DNA from: Dehalococcoidia bacterium
GTDB lineage: Bacteria; Chloroflexota; Dehalococcoidia; Plut-88900
Assembly (NCBI GenBank): GCA_965197585.1
Contig: OZ240215.1
Location: 320,001 to 384,000 of the forward strand
DNA: 64,000 nt
Direction: 5' to 3'
Shown: positions 28,701 to 37,835 of the stretch, in pieces
Layout: each line of letters starts with the position of its first letter
How positions within the stretch are numbered: the stretch's first letter is position 1
Made by a program: the position numbers and the translations under genes
Notes under the pieces: model-generated
What the model was told of the DNA's origin: nothing
Database searches by the model: none
Seen by the model: the letters and a program-made list of their open reading frames with translations, nothing else

Positions 28701-30009
28701 CAGCCAGTTCATCTACACGGCGACCGCGGCCGGCACCTACTATTTAGAGGCTGTAGAGCTTAGTGGTAACTCTACGGGCACCTACACGCTGTCGGTGCGC
28801 GACATCACGCCGCCGCCCGACGATTCCGCCGACCCGCCAGCCGATTCCACCAACGTCTCGGAGCCCGACGGCGAAGACCTGCCCGAAGGCATCACCACCA
28901 CCGGTAGAGTTGAGGTCGGCGGTTCGGTCACGGGCGAAATCGCCCCAGCTCTCGACGTCGACTGGTTCGCGGTCGAGCTGAAGAAGGGCAAGCGATACCA
29001 GTTCGACGTGGAGGGGGCGGATACCGGCCGAGGCAACTTGGCGGATCCGCATCTTTGGGGGTTGCAGGATGCGGGAGGACAGGCGGTCTCCGGTGCGAGG
29101 AGTAACGACGGCGGTGTGGGGAAGAACGGCCGGGTCATCAACACGCCCGACGCGGAAGGCACCTACTACATAGCTGTGGCCGGCGCAGACAGCACGACGG
29201 GCACCTACACGCTGTCGGTGATCGTGCTGGGCGCGAACGGCGTCTCGGAGGCCGACACGGACTTTCCCAGAGACACCACCACCACCGGCCGGGTCGAGGT
29301 CGGGGCCTCGGCCACGGGCAACATCGACCCTGGCGAGGATTTGGACGGGTTCCGTGTCGATCTGGAGGCGGGCAAGCGATACCGGTTCGACCTGGAGGGC
29401 GCGGACACCGGCCGCGGCTCCCAGGCGGACCCGATCCTGGCGCTCTACGGCGACTCCTTCAACGTCTCCCACTACATTGATGAGGACGACGACGGCGGCG
29501 AGGGACTTAACAGCCGACTGACCTACACGGCGACCGCGACCGGCATCTACCACCTGGAAGTAGCGGGCTTGGACCCAGGCACCTACACGCTGTCGGTGCG
29601 TGAAATTTTGCTGGCAGTTGCCGTTCCGCCCGGTGGTCTGGGCCCCTCGGAGATCCCGGGCGCGGTCCGCAATGTGGAGGTGTCCTACTCGGGCATCGGC
29701 AGCATTGGGCAAATCGTGTGGTGGGACGCGCCGGACGAGACCGGAACCGGCGCGCAATGGATCACGGAGTTCCGCATCTACGGCTCAGCCAGCGAGGGCT
29801 GCGGCGGCTACCTGCTGGACGAATACGAGGTGGAGCACCCTGGATCCACCACGCCACCAGAGCACCCCGACGGCGTCCCGACGGGTTTCAAATACTTCAA
29901 GATCGTCTATGTGGGACCCGTCACATTCGGTGTGGCGGCGGTCAACGAACTCGGTGAGGGGCCATGCGAGGAAGGGCCCGATCCTCCGCCGGATACGGAT
30001 AATTCCTGA
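25768..30009 (+). CDS. secreted 1413-aa protein with 3 fibronectin type III repeats, ~6 PPC (pre-peptidase C-terminal) repeats and a C-terminal FN3-like domain
   Basis: Signal peptide ending VQA; three PTGL.AT...LTWDDP...YTYRIKA.N units; repeated D.D.F.V.LE.G..YQFD.EG...TGTYTLSV units. Confidence 0.9.
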   Translation: MMTRTDRRRFPILIAAIAALALAMTLLFSPVQAQEGSAPDKPTGLSATATHDQVVLTWDDPGDASITGYVILRRVRVNNTGGEFSELVADTGTAATTYTDATVKANTTYTYRIKATNEHGVSERSRWFHINVPAAPEPEEEQAPEPPDQPTGLDATATHDSVTLTWDDPNDDSITGYVILRRIPGVDPEGQFSELVSNTGTDATTYTDDTVAAETRYTYRIKAINEHGVSERSRWFHINVPAAPEPEEEQAPEPPDQPTGLDATATHDSVTLTWDDPGDDTITGYVILRRVRVNNTGGEFSELVADTGTAATTYTDDSVQANTTYTYRIKATNEHGVSERSRWFHIDTPAAPEAVEGDDLDGEDDDGAPGGPGKRANVSEPDGGDCPGLNTTTCEVDVGGSVTGDIETGTDRDYFRVVLEAGTRYQIDLEGADTSRGTLPDPRMGLYDGSNTLVGSLSNDEGVGNNSRRIYTPTAAGAYYVRAQNANGSDTGTYTLSVILLGANGASEADTDFSGTNISTVDVGASVTGTISTPNDTDWFDVALEVGKIYQFDLEGSHNGRGTLEDPYLKLYRFATVLEVNGDINSTNKNSQIVYTPTTTGTHSLEATTIGTATGTYTLSVRDISPCTLNTGDIWCGVVTVAEIKTSPGDALVGHGFADGAGLSAGSLAGNPDDTMFSVGDNDYMIGAAYIQVPTGSTVTGTLYVLLSADLTEDDKAGLVLTVDDTNLTFAFSGATKGTTGLYSWGLSGLTWSAGDTVTVRLPGPPTSDDFPADATTTGKVDVGGSATGNIESVGDADWFLVELEADTRYQFDVEGAPTVRGTVSDPTINAVRDAGGNTITGTQNDDSGVGNNARTIFTATASGAHYVVAAAYQSTGTYTLSVIVLGANGASEAHADFPDTTSTSGRVDVGASVTGNIASAGDIDLFAVRLVVGRTYQFDLEGSHNGRGTLEDPYLTLSDGSLAFIAENGDINATNLNSQFIYTATAAGTYYLEAVELSGNSTGTYTLSVRDITPPPDDSADPPADSTNVSEPDGEDLPEGITTTGRVEVGGSVTGEIAPALDVDWFAVELKKGKRYQFDVEGADTGRGNLADPHLWGLQDAGGQAVSGARSNDGGVGKNGRVINTPDAEGTYYIAVAGADSTTGTYTLSVIVLGANGVSEADTDFPRDTTTTGRVEVGASATGNIDPGEDLDGFRVDLEAGKRYRFDLEGADTGRGSQADPILALYGDSFNVSHYIDEDDDGGEGLNSRLTYTATATGIYHLEVAGLDPGTYTLSVREILLAVAVPPGGLGPSEIPGAVRNVEVSYSGIGSIGQIVWWDAPDETGTGAQWITEFRIYGSASEGCGGYLLDEYEVEHPGSTTPPEHPDGVPTGFKYFKIVYVGPVTFGVAAVNELGEGPCEEGPDPPPDTDNS

Positions 30010-30036
30010 TGGCATGTGGCGTCGGGAGGAGAGGAA

Positions 30037-30070
30037 GGTCCGCGCGGGTGTACGCGTACCCGCGCGGACC
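30037..30070. terminator. 13-bp inverted repeat after the FN3 gene
   Basis: GGTCCGCGCGGGT-N8-ACCCGCGCGGACC. Confidence 0.45.
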
Positions 30071-30288
30071 CCGCCCGCAGGAAGGGCAACGAAAAAAGCC
30101 CGCACACATGGATGAAGCTGGGGGAGGCCGCCCCAGCCCTTCGGCAAGCAGAGCAGCGGCCTCCCCCAGGACTCCGGGACGGGCTGACCGCGTGAACTTG
30201 CGTTCCGCATACCGTCCTGGCTGGGGATATCGGACGGCCCCGGACATCCCCGTAGGAGGGAGCTTGCAGCCGTCTTCCGGAAGGACCG

Positions 30289-30534
30289 ATGCCGAGACAG
30301 CGCATTCATCACAGCAGAAGACCCCCTGGCTTCCCAGCCGACTTTCCTGAGCGGCTGGTGCGGTTCAAGGTGGAGTCGGGCCTGTCGTGGTCGGAGATCG
30401 CCCGACGGCTGGGGACGTATCGCCACACCGTATGGCGCTGGGCTGAAGGCAAGGTCCGGCCCAACTATCAGCACCGCAGGGCGCTCATGGCGTTGGCCGA
30501 CAGCATGGGACTCGGCCACCTGTTCACGGAATAA
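30289..30534 (+). CDS. XRE-family HTH regulator (paralog of the 58748-59608 array)
   Basis: FPADFPERLVRFKVESGLSWSEIARRLGT..TVWRW..G..P. Confidence 0.85.
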   Translation: MPRQRIHHSRRPPGFPADFPERLVRFKVESGLSWSEIARRLGTYRHTVWRWAEGKVRPNYQHRRALMALADSMGLGHLFTE

Positions 30535-30574
30535 GACGGCCGAAAACGCAAAAATAGCCACACACATGGCTGTG

Positions 30575-30609
30575 CGGGGGAAGCCGTCGCCTTGCGACGG
30601 CTTCCCCCG
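30575..30609. terminator. 16-bp perfect inverted repeat between convergent genes
   Basis: CGGGGGAAGCCGTCGC-CTT-GCGACGGCTTCCCCCG. Confidence 0.6.
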
Positions 30610-30661
30610 TAACTCTGCGCTCTCGCGTCCCTCAGCGACCTGCTCCCGTATCCGCCGGCCC

Positions 30662-31189
30662 TTAGAACAACCTCAGCGTCTCGGGTTGCTGCTGCTCCGT
30701 CTCACCCTCGGTGGCCTCAGCCTGCGCCGTCCCCTGCCCGCTGCGGTTCCGACGCCTGGCCGGGGGAGCGGGTCTGACGTGAGCCGGGTACTTGGGTTCG
30801 TCCTCCCACCTGGCCTTGGCCCTTTCGATCACAGCCGAGACCTCCTGCGTCAGCCCGGACTCGTCCAGGTCATCGAACGACTCGATGTGCGGGTCCGACG
30901 AGGTCCGCTGCACCCCGATGGTGGCCCGGCCGCCCTTGATGGTCAAGACGACCTTCAGGTCCTCTGCCGCAACGGTCTCCTCTCCGGCGGCCTGCTCCCC
31001 GGCGTCATCGGAGCCCTGGCCGTCCTGCGCGGCCTCCTTGCCGGTGTCCTGCGCATCCGGGACCGCATCGTTGGGGTCTTCCTCTTGGACAACCGGGGCA
31101 GCCTTGTCGCCCGCCGCGTCGCCGAAGAGACTCTCGTCTGCGCTCGGAGCGTCCGAGCGTGTTGCTTCCGTTCCAACTTCGTGAGGCAT
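30662..31189 (-). CDS. hypothetical acidic protein
   Basis: GGAG RBS; low-complexity ends around a small globular core; ends in LRLF. Confidence 0.7.
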   Translation of the reverse strand: MPHEVGTEATRSDAPSADESLFGDAAGDKAAPVVQEEDPNDAVPDAQDTGKEAAQDGQGSDDAGEQAAGEETVAAEDLKVVLTIKGGRATIGVQRTSSDPHIESFDDLDESGLTQEVSAVIERAKARWEDEPKYPAHVRPAPPARRRNRSGQGTAQAEATEGETEQQQPETLRLF

Positions 31190-31239
31190 GGTATCTCCTT
31201 CCTCTATTCCTTCTCTGGTTGCCTCGATGACCGCTATCG

Positions 31240-31626
31240 CTAGGCCGCGATCCCCGACGACTCTCTCCTGATCTCGCCGATGGTCATCGGCTCCCAGTAC
31301 AGGTCGCGCTCCACGGCGGGGACGCCGCCGAAAACGGTGACTTCCGAGAGTTCCGTGAGATCAAAGTATCCAAGCTCGGTCTCGAACCCCTCGACGAGGC
31401 CGAAGCACAATCCGGTCTCCGAGTCCCACTCCGTGATGTACCAGCGCCAGCCGTTGTAGGGGCTGAAAAGTTTCACCCTGGCGACGACGGCGTCGGAGTC
31501 CTCCGCGCCGTCATTCGCGTACAGGGGCGGGATGGTGTCGGCGAGCTCCTTCGTCATGAGCTTGTGCCTGCGGAGCCCGCTGTGGTTGTCCTGCCAGATC
31601 GTGGCGTTTGCCTTTTGGTCAAGCAT
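31240..31626 (-). CDS. DUF2958-family protein
   Basis: VKLFSP...WRWYITEWD...CFGLV.GFE.ELGYF.L.EL...VERDLYW. Confidence 0.85.
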   Translation of the reverse strand: MLDQKANATIWQDNHSGLRRHKLMTKELADTIPPLYANDGAEDSDAVVARVKLFSPYNGWRWYITEWDSETGLCFGLVEGFETELGYFDLTELSEVTVFGGVPAVERDLYWEPMTIGEIRRESSGIAA

Positions 31627-31678
31627 TGGTTTCTCCTCTCCTTGTTTCTTCTCTAGGTACGTTAATGAGCGCTGATCG

Positions 31679-32494
31679 CTAGGCGGCTATCTCCAGCTCG
31701 GAGTCGGGCCCCACCACCCGCTCCACCGCCTCCGGTGTGACGTAGCTCGGCGTTACGGTGCCCTGCTCCATGTCGAGGTAGAGGCCCATGAAGGGGCAGG
31801 TGCCCGCTACCATGCGGCGGACCACTTGTAGCACCAGCGACGCCATCATCTGGTTGATGGTGGGGTCCTGATCGGTGAGGTCGAGGGCAGCAGCGCAGTC
31901 CACGTCCGGCGGCCTTGTAGACACCGCCGTCAGCAGGTCGGGGCGCTGGAGCGTGGGCGCGGGCAGCAGGTGGCAGGTCTCGCCGACGAAGGCGGGTTCG
32001 TCCCACGTAACCTCTTCGGCGACATTGCCCACCAGGACCTGTCCCCAGTTGGTGTCGTTGCCCGCGTCGATGAGCCAGCGGCGCGGGTCGCCCGGCAGGG
32101 TCTCCGCCATCGCCCGCCTTGCGGCGGCGTTGTCGGCGCAACCGATGATCAGGCTGTCGCCGTAGGCGGGCAGGCCGGGGTAACAGTTTCCGTGGGGGCG
32201 TGTGTCACCCTCCCGGAACGGGTACACTGAGTAGCCGACGGGGCGCCGGAAGGCCCTGGCCAGCCGGTCGGCCAGGGCCTGGCTCTTGAATTTCCCGATG
32301 TCCTCCGCGTAGAAGTTCTGGCGGAGCAGGTTGTGGGGCTCCACCCGGTCGTGGTCGACCAGGACGATGGTGGCCTCCCGCCCCTGGAAGAGGCGGCAGA
32401 GGCCCTCGGCCACGAACCCGCCGGTGCCACCGCAGCCGACCACGGTGACCCACGGGTTGTCGAGCAGGAATGCGTTGTCCAGGTAGTAGGGCAT
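31679..32494 (-). CDS. ThiF/E1-like adenylyltransferase (PRTRC system ThiF)
   Basis: VVGCGGTGG, DHDRVEPHNLLRQNF, KSQALA, IGCADN, IDAGN...GQV, candidate catalytic Cys in VDCAAAL. Confidence 0.9.
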   Translation of the reverse strand: MPYYLDNAFLLDNPWVTVVGCGGTGGFVAEGLCRLFQGREATIVLVDHDRVEPHNLLRQNFYAEDIGKFKSQALADRLARAFRRPVGYSVYPFREGDTRPHGNCYPGLPAYGDSLIIGCADNAAARRAMAETLPGDPRRWLIDAGNDTNWGQVLVGNVAEEVTWDEPAFVGETCHLLPAPTLQRPDLLTAVSTRPPDVDCAAALDLTDQDPTINQMMASLVLQVVRRMVAGTCPFMGLYLDMEQGTVTPSYVTPEAVERVVGPDSELEIAA

Positions 32495-32550
32495 TGGCAG
32501 TTACCTCCTTATGGTTCAGTAAGTGTTTTGCATCGATTCAGGCTCCTCGA

Positions 32551-33150
32551 CTATCTGCCGGACACTCCGATCCGGCCGGCTATCACCTGCGACCAGTCCA
32601 CCGGGGCGAAGTGGCCGTAGACGCCCAGCCGGAGGCTCAGCTCGGGCCGGGGGGTATTGAGGCGTCCGACGACGCCGTAGATGCGGAAGCCCTGCTCGTC
32701 CCGGTCGTCGGTATCAGAGAAGAACGCGCGGGAGGTTCCGTGAGAGTGGAACTCGGCGACCACCCCGGTGGGCGGCCGGTAGGTGAGGGATGTAGCGGTC
32801 CCGGCCTGCGGGGGCACCACCAGCCGGTAAACCTGCCCGTCCCAGCGCACTGCGAAGAACCGCTCGGTGTCCGGGGCTATCCGGAACCAGCGTAGACCCA
32901 GCTCTAAGACCTCAGCCGGGATCGGGCCGTGACCCAACACCACCTTCTCGGCCACGGGAGCGAGCCCCCGCACCTCGCAGGGGGCGACCAGAACCCGTGC
33001 CGCCAGATGGGGGCTCTCGGACTGGACGTAGACGCCTCCGGCTCCGAGCACGTAGTCATAGCCGATTCCCTGGACGCCGGAGAGTCCGGCGGGGTGGTTG
33101 ACCAGGTAGCCTACCGGCTCCGGTCTTGCCCTAGCGGTAGCGGTAGCCAA
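32551..33150 (-). CDS. JAB/MPN metalloprotease (PRTRC system protein A-like)
   Basis: HSHG..AFFS.TDD.DE JAMM motif, IYGVVG.L; start set at TTG 33150 after GAGGGGAG. Confidence 0.85.
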   Translation of the reverse strand: MATATARARPEPVGYLVNHPAGLSGVQGIGYDYVLGAGGVYVQSESPHLAARVLVAPCEVRGLAPVAEKVVLGHGPIPAEVLELGLRWFRIAPDTERFFAVRWDGQVYRLVVPPQAGTATSLTYRPPTGVVAEFHSHGTSRAFFSDTDDRDEQGFRIYGVVGRLNTPRPELSLRLGVYGHFAPVDWSQVIAGRIGVSGR

Positions 33151-33841
33151 GTCTCCCCTCGGAGACTGCCATGGCGTGGGACACGGTACACTGGGGAACA
33201 AGGTCCTCGGTTGGGTACTCAGTCTTTCCATCGATTTCCTCCCATAGCGATAGCAGGTTAGCGGGGTGCTTCTTCGAGCGGTCCCGGGAGTCCCCGGTGA
33301 GCGAGAAGTAGGACTGGAAGAAGGACTCCGGTATCAGCCCCACCTCCTCGGGGAACCGGTGGCTTCCGGGGCAGACCCTCCCGTCCCCGAAGACGTTGAA
33401 GGCCGGGGCCCGGAAGAGCTGCTGCTCGGCGTCGCTGGGCCGGTCCTTTGCGGCGTAGACCAAGGGCGCCCGGCCCGGCGAGCAGATGAAGACCAGGCCG
33501 GGCATGGGGAGCCTGAGCCTTGCGGGAGGCTTGAACGCCTCCCGCTGCAGGGCCACCGGCCGCACCTGCGGCGGCCGCCAGAGGGCCACCACCTGCCCGG
33601 TCTCGCCCTGGTTCCACCAGAGGGTTGCCTCCGGCAGCAGCCCCGAGGAGAACCCCAGGTGCCGGGTGAACACGTTAGCGATCTCGTCCGCCGAGACGGT
33701 CCTGACCCAGGCGGAGTCGCCGTCGAAGCCCCTCAGCAGGATGGTCTCGCCGTACACCTCCAGCTGCAATTTGAGGTTGTCTTTAGGGGCGTCCGTGACG
33801 CCCGGCAGGGACCACCGGGTCGTGTCGGGTTCATTAGTCAT
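33131..33841 (-). CDS. prokaryotic E2-like protein (PRTRC protein B / Prok-E2_D-like)
   Basis: LPMPGLVF, LFRAPAFNV..DGRVCPG with catalytic Cys, FFQSYFS. Confidence 0.8.
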   Translation of the reverse strand: MTNEPDTTRWSLPGVTDAPKDNLKLQLEVYGETILLRGFDGDSAWVRTVSADEIANVFTRHLGFSSGLLPEATLWWNQGETGQVVALWRPPQVRPVALQREAFKPPARLRLPMPGLVFICSPGRAPLVYAAKDRPSDAEQQLFRAPAFNVFGDGRVCPGSHRFPEEVGLIPESFFQSYFSLTGDSRDRSKKHPANLLSLWEEIDGKTEYPTEDLVPQCTVSHAMAVSEGRLGYRYR

Positions 33842-34676
33842 GGTCGTTGTCCTCCCTGTCTTGTTGTTGTTCGGATAGCCGCGCCAGAAGGAAGTCCAGC
33901 ATCTCGGCGAAGCGGCCGGGCAGGTCATCCTCCAGCCAGTCGGTCAACCGGCTCACCGCCTCCATGAGGGCCGTGGCCTTGCGCCACTCCTCCGTGCCCT
34001 CGGCGATGATGTCGTCGTCCCAGGGGTCGGCGAACCCGTCGTACATGCCATCGTCGTAAGAGTGGTCTAGGAAGAAGTTGCCGGTCTCGGCCCAGACCCA
34101 GGAGGCGGCCTTGGCCGCTCCCTCGAACTTTGTTTCCTTGAGCGTCTCGGTGAGGGTTTCGAGAGGTATGCCGTCCTGGGGAATCCTCTCCAGGGTCTCC
34201 TGCGGTATGCGCTCGGCGGCCGACTCAAGCCAGGCCACCCGCAGCCCGTCGGGTTCCTCGTAGTAGACGTCCGGGGGCTTGACCAGGAGGGCCATGGCCG
34301 AGAGCCCGTCCCGGTAGCCGTCCCACATCTCGTGGAGGCCGTCGTAGCCGAAGCCCATAAGCTCGAAGGGGATGCCCCTTCTCAGCCAGGACCAGGGAGG
34401 TTCGTCCCCTTCTTCCATGTACCAGTCGAAGAACGGGGCGTAGAGGGGGAAGTGGCGCTCCCCGAAGAGCTGACCGAAGCGCTCCACCCTTTTGGCTGCG
34501 TCGGGGCCGGCCAGCACCGACTCCGCGTCCCGGGGAAAGAGGCGGCGCACCAGCCCCGCGAACCAGGCGTAGTCGCCTGAGTATCCGACCAGCGTCACCA
34601 GCTCCCGCAGCGACGGCGGACGCCGCAGGAGCAGTTTTGCCAGGCCGTTCAGTAGCGGCGGGGCCGGAGCATGCAT
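33834..34676 (-). CDS. hypothetical protein within the PRTRC cluster (position of protein F)
   Basis: 280-aa acidic ORF coupled to the E2 gene. Confidence 0.65.
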   Translation of the reverse strand: MHAPAPPLLNGLAKLLLRRPPSLRELVTLVGYSGDYAWFAGLVRRLFPRDAESVLAGPDAAKRVERFGQLFGERHFPLYAPFFDWYMEEGDEPPWSWLRRGIPFELMGFGYDGLHEMWDGYRDGLSAMALLVKPPDVYYEEPDGLRVAWLESAAERIPQETLERIPQDGIPLETLTETLKETKFEGAAKAASWVWAETGNFFLDHSYDDGMYDGFADPWDDDIIAEGTEEWRKATALMEAVSRLTDWLEDDLPGRFAEMLDFLLARLSEQQQDREDNDHD

Positions 34677-34879
34677 CTCAGGGCCTCCGCCATGCGGCCC
34701 GTGGCCGCGGCGTAGTCCTGCGCCTGGGCGCAGGCCATCTCCACGTCTGCCTGCCGTGCGGCCGCGGCGTCCAGGTCGAGGGAGCCGTCGGGCCGTGTGA
34801 GCTCCGCCGTGAGCTCAAGGATGCTGAGGTCTGCAGGTGGCGTTGCCGCCAGCAGGCCCGTAAGGGTGCGGGTGTCCAT
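34649..34879 (-). CDS. small hypothetical protein
   Basis: GAGGAGG RBS, between the Ubl gene and the 280-aa gene. Confidence 0.6.
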   Translation of the reverse strand: MDTRTLTGLLAATPPADLSILELTAELTRPDGSLDLDAAAARQADVEMACAQAQDYAAATGRMAEALRCMLRPRRY

Positions 34880-34892
34880 CGGAGTCCCTCCT

Positions 34893-35099
34893 CTAGCTCT
34901 GGGCGTGGGTGAAGGCGCCCTTGGTGCCCACCCGCCGCTGGAACTCGTAGATGGTGTCTTCTCCCCTCTTGGTCTCCTTCACCGAGGCGTTGGCTATCTC
35001 CCCGTAGAAGTCGCTCAGGGTTGCCTTCACCTGGTCGACGCTCATCTGGGGGTCTGGGTCCGGGAACTCTCTGTCGGCGTATACGAAGATTCTTGCCAT
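34893..35099 (-). CDS. ubiquitin-like protein (PRTRC system protein C)
   Basis: RIFVY...FPDPDPQMSVDQVK..L...Y.EIANA...YEF.RRVGTKG. Confidence 0.85.
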   Translation of the reverse strand: MARIFVYADREFPDPDPQMSVDQVKATLSDFYGEIANASVKETKRGEDTIYEFQRRVGTKGAFTHAQS

Positions 35100-35196
35100 C
35101 GTATTTCTCCTTTCGACTCGTTGCTGTCTCTCTGCGTTTCCATGTGCGGAGAGGCCGTTGCCTCATTGGCAACGGCCTCTGCCGTGCCTCTGCGGT

Positions 35197-37563
35197 CTAG
35201 CGTCCGGCGCCGACCGGCTCTTTCTCGCGCTGCTGTTCCTGCGTCATTGCCCACTCGAACATCGATAGGGTCTCGGACTGGGGTTTGCTCTTGCGGCCCC
35301 TGGACCCGACAGGTTCCTCGACCAGGAACTCCGCCCAGGAGAACAGCGATCCGCCACTGGCGGACGGCTCCGATGCCTTGTTGTCCTGATGGCCGTTGCC
35401 GTTGGCGCCATTTCCGTTTGCGGGTGCGTGCCGGTTGGCCGGGAACAAATCCACCGTCGGCCCGATGCCGATGGCGTCGTGGCGGCCGTTCCCGTTGACC
35501 AAGACCGTCTCCGGCTCGGCTTTGACGGCCTTCCACCCGTCGTCTACCAGGTACTCCTCCGAGTTGGTCTCGGCGTCCCTGGCTTTGGCAAAGACCTCCT
35601 CCACCGGCTCGGCCTCGTCCTCCCCGTCTCCGCTGACGATCCTGCGGGCCAGGGCCATCATCAGGTCGTCCCCGTCGTCGCCGTATGCGGCCAGGCCGTC
35701 CTCCGGCAGCTCGCCCTCCACCGCAAGCGATGATTGAAGCTTCTTGGCCACCAGCTTCAGGGCGTCGGCCTGCAGCGTGTTCCGGTAGGACATGAACACG
35801 ACTTTCACCGGGCGGGTCTGCCCGATGCGCCACGAACGGCGGGAAGCCTGCCGCATGACGTAGACGCTGTAATCCGTCTCGTACCAGCAGATGGTGGGGA
35901 AGTCGATGAGGTCGAGGCCGGTCTGCACCAGCCTGGGGTGGCAGATGAGGACGTCGATGCCCTGCTTCACCTTCTCCGCCACCCACGCTTCCCTGCGGTC
36001 CGGGGCCACGGCGTCTGCCTTCATCACCGCAACCCGGAACCCGTGCCGGGTGAGGATGGCGTCCATCCGCCCGGTGATGTCCCTGGTCCCCGTGTGGGTG
36101 GCGTAGACCAGCACCCTGCGGCCCTCCAGCCGTTCGGCGGCAACCAGGTCGACCAGCGCCTTCTCCTTCGGGTAGAGCCTCTCCTCGGACAGTGGCGGCA
36201 CCTGGACCAGGGGGTTGCCGGTCTGTGGGTCGAATACGGTCTCCCCCCTGGTGCAGCCGTCGGGGTAGGCCAGCAGGGTCTGCAGGTATGTGGACAGCAG
36301 CTTCTTGGAGCCCTTCTTGAGCGCATCGGCCAGGGCCTTGCGGAGCTTCTCGAACACCGCGACGTAGGCGCTGCGCTGGGAGTAGCCCGTGGAGTCCTCC
36401 TCGGAGTCCATGGAGGAGAGGAGGATCTGCTCGTCGTAGCCGGGCAGCCCCGATGCCACGTCGGAGAGACGGAGGAAAACCGAGTTGCCGATAAGGTGGA
36501 AGAGGGCGGCAGGGGCGAGGCCCGGCCTCTCCCTGGTCACCTTGCGGTAAGCCTTTCTCCTGCTGAACCTGCCGTCCTCCGTGGAGTCGTCGTCGGGCTT
36601 CCCCATGGAGTGTTCGAGGAACCCGTACCGCTGTATCCACCTTCCCTCCTCGGAGCGCCCGAACTCCGTCCTGATCTCCGGGCTGAACCGGTAGAGAAGG
36701 TGGAAGATGGTAGAGGAGTAGCCGCCGAGCAGCGTGCCCGTCAGGCTGAGGGACTTACCGCAGGCGTCGGCCAGGACCCCGGCGGCGATGCCCTGGGCCG
36801 AGCCCCGCCCCTTGTACTCGTGAATCTCGTCGCCGATGAGCAGGTCGAAGAAGCCCCTCATCCGGTGCTTCACGTAGTCGCTGAGGGGGTATCTCCTGGG
36901 CCCCGAGTTATCGGCCTGCCAGAGGGGAGAGCCGCAGCTCTCGCAGGTGAGCTTCCTGCGGCTCAGCCCTGCGTCGGTGAGGGGAACGCCGTCCTTGTCG
37001 ACGATCTGCGCCGTGCAGTCGGGGCAGCAGGGGACCCGGAAGGGCTCCCCCGTCTCCTCGTCCCGCACCAGCCTTCCCGCCGCCGAGGCCCACCTCTCTA
37101 CGACGGCGGCCTTCCACCGGTAGGAGAGCTTGGCCCGCTCCCTGGACATGATGGCGAAGAGGGGCCCGATGCCGGTTGAGAGGCGGAGCCGCCCCATGTC
37201 GGTGATGGAGGACACTATCGCCGCCCTTGCGAAGGGCACCGTCTCCTCCACCTCCCGCTTCCACTTCCGGGTCAGGTGGGGAGGGCAGAGGACCAGCACT
37301 CGCCTGAACCCCGCCATGTGGGCGGCCGCGGCCCCGATGAACGTCTTGCCGGTGCCCATCTCGCCGACCACGGTGGTGCCGCGGTGGGTCCTGAGGGAGA
37401 GGGCCGCGCCCCTGATGGCGTCCTCCTGGGCACCCAGGGGCGTGCGGAGCAACTGGGGAAGCCGTTGTCCGTTCTCCGAGGGCCTGTAGAGGGGAGGGTA
37501 TGACTCCACCACCCTTTGGGCGATGGCCTCCCTGTAGCTGTCGATGAACTCTCCTAGGTTCAT
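35197..37563 (-). CDS. ICE-type SNF2/DEAD-like helicase with Zn-finger insertion
   Basis: GEMGTGKT, CPDC..CESC, GDEIHE, LTGT, QTGLDL, QASRRSWRIGQ; start at ATG 37563. Confidence 0.9.
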   Translation of the reverse strand: MNLGEFIDSYREAIAQRVVESYPPLYRPSENGQRLPQLLRTPLGAQEDAIRGAALSLRTHRGTTVVGEMGTGKTFIGAAAAHMAGFRRVLVLCPPHLTRKWKREVEETVPFARAAIVSSITDMGRLRLSTGIGPLFAIMSRERAKLSYRWKAAVVERWASAAGRLVRDEETGEPFRVPCCPDCTAQIVDKDGVPLTDAGLSRRKLTCESCGSPLWQADNSGPRRYPLSDYVKHRMRGFFDLLIGDEIHEYKGRGSAQGIAAGVLADACGKSLSLTGTLLGGYSSTIFHLLYRFSPEIRTEFGRSEEGRWIQRYGFLEHSMGKPDDDSTEDGRFSRRKAYRKVTRERPGLAPAALFHLIGNSVFLRLSDVASGLPGYDEQILLSSMDSEEDSTGYSQRSAYVAVFEKLRKALADALKKGSKKLLSTYLQTLLAYPDGCTRGETVFDPQTGNPLVQVPPLSEERLYPKEKALVDLVAAERLEGRRVLVYATHTGTRDITGRMDAILTRHGFRVAVMKADAVAPDRREAWVAEKVKQGIDVLICHPRLVQTGLDLIDFPTICWYETDYSVYVMRQASRRSWRIGQTRPVKVVFMSYRNTLQADALKLVAKKLQSSLAVEGELPEDGLAAYGDDGDDLMMALARRIVSGDGEDEAEPVEEVFAKARDAETNSEEYLVDDGWKAVKAEPETVLVNGNGRHDAIGIGPTVDLFPANRHAPANGNGANGNGHQDNKASEPSASGGSLFSWAEFLVEEPVGSRGRKSKPQSETLSMFEWAMTQEQQREKEPVGAGR

Positions 37564-37835
37564 TCTGGCGTCTCCTTCCCTTTGATTGGCGGGGACGCCG
37601 GGACCCGGAACGCACCACGCCCCCCGGTGGGGACGTTTCCGAGCTTCGGGTTCCTGGAAGCGTCCCCAGGCGATTGCTTGAATGTGCGAGAACCGCGCGG
37701 TTGACGGGCCTCGTGAGTGTGGCTCGGTGCGAGCCGTCCATGCGGCCTGGCGGTCCGGTTCCGCGCCGTCCCTACGGGACAGGCGGGGCCGAGTACCGTT
37801 TTTGATGACCGGGCAGGGTCCCGTCTCGGTATTGG

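Noticed and set aside
25870-29600. Regularly spaced repeats as a CRISPR array or DGR template/variable repeats
   Set aside because: The repeats are in-frame protein domains; no cas or reverse transcriptase gene and no adenine-specific mismatch pattern seen.
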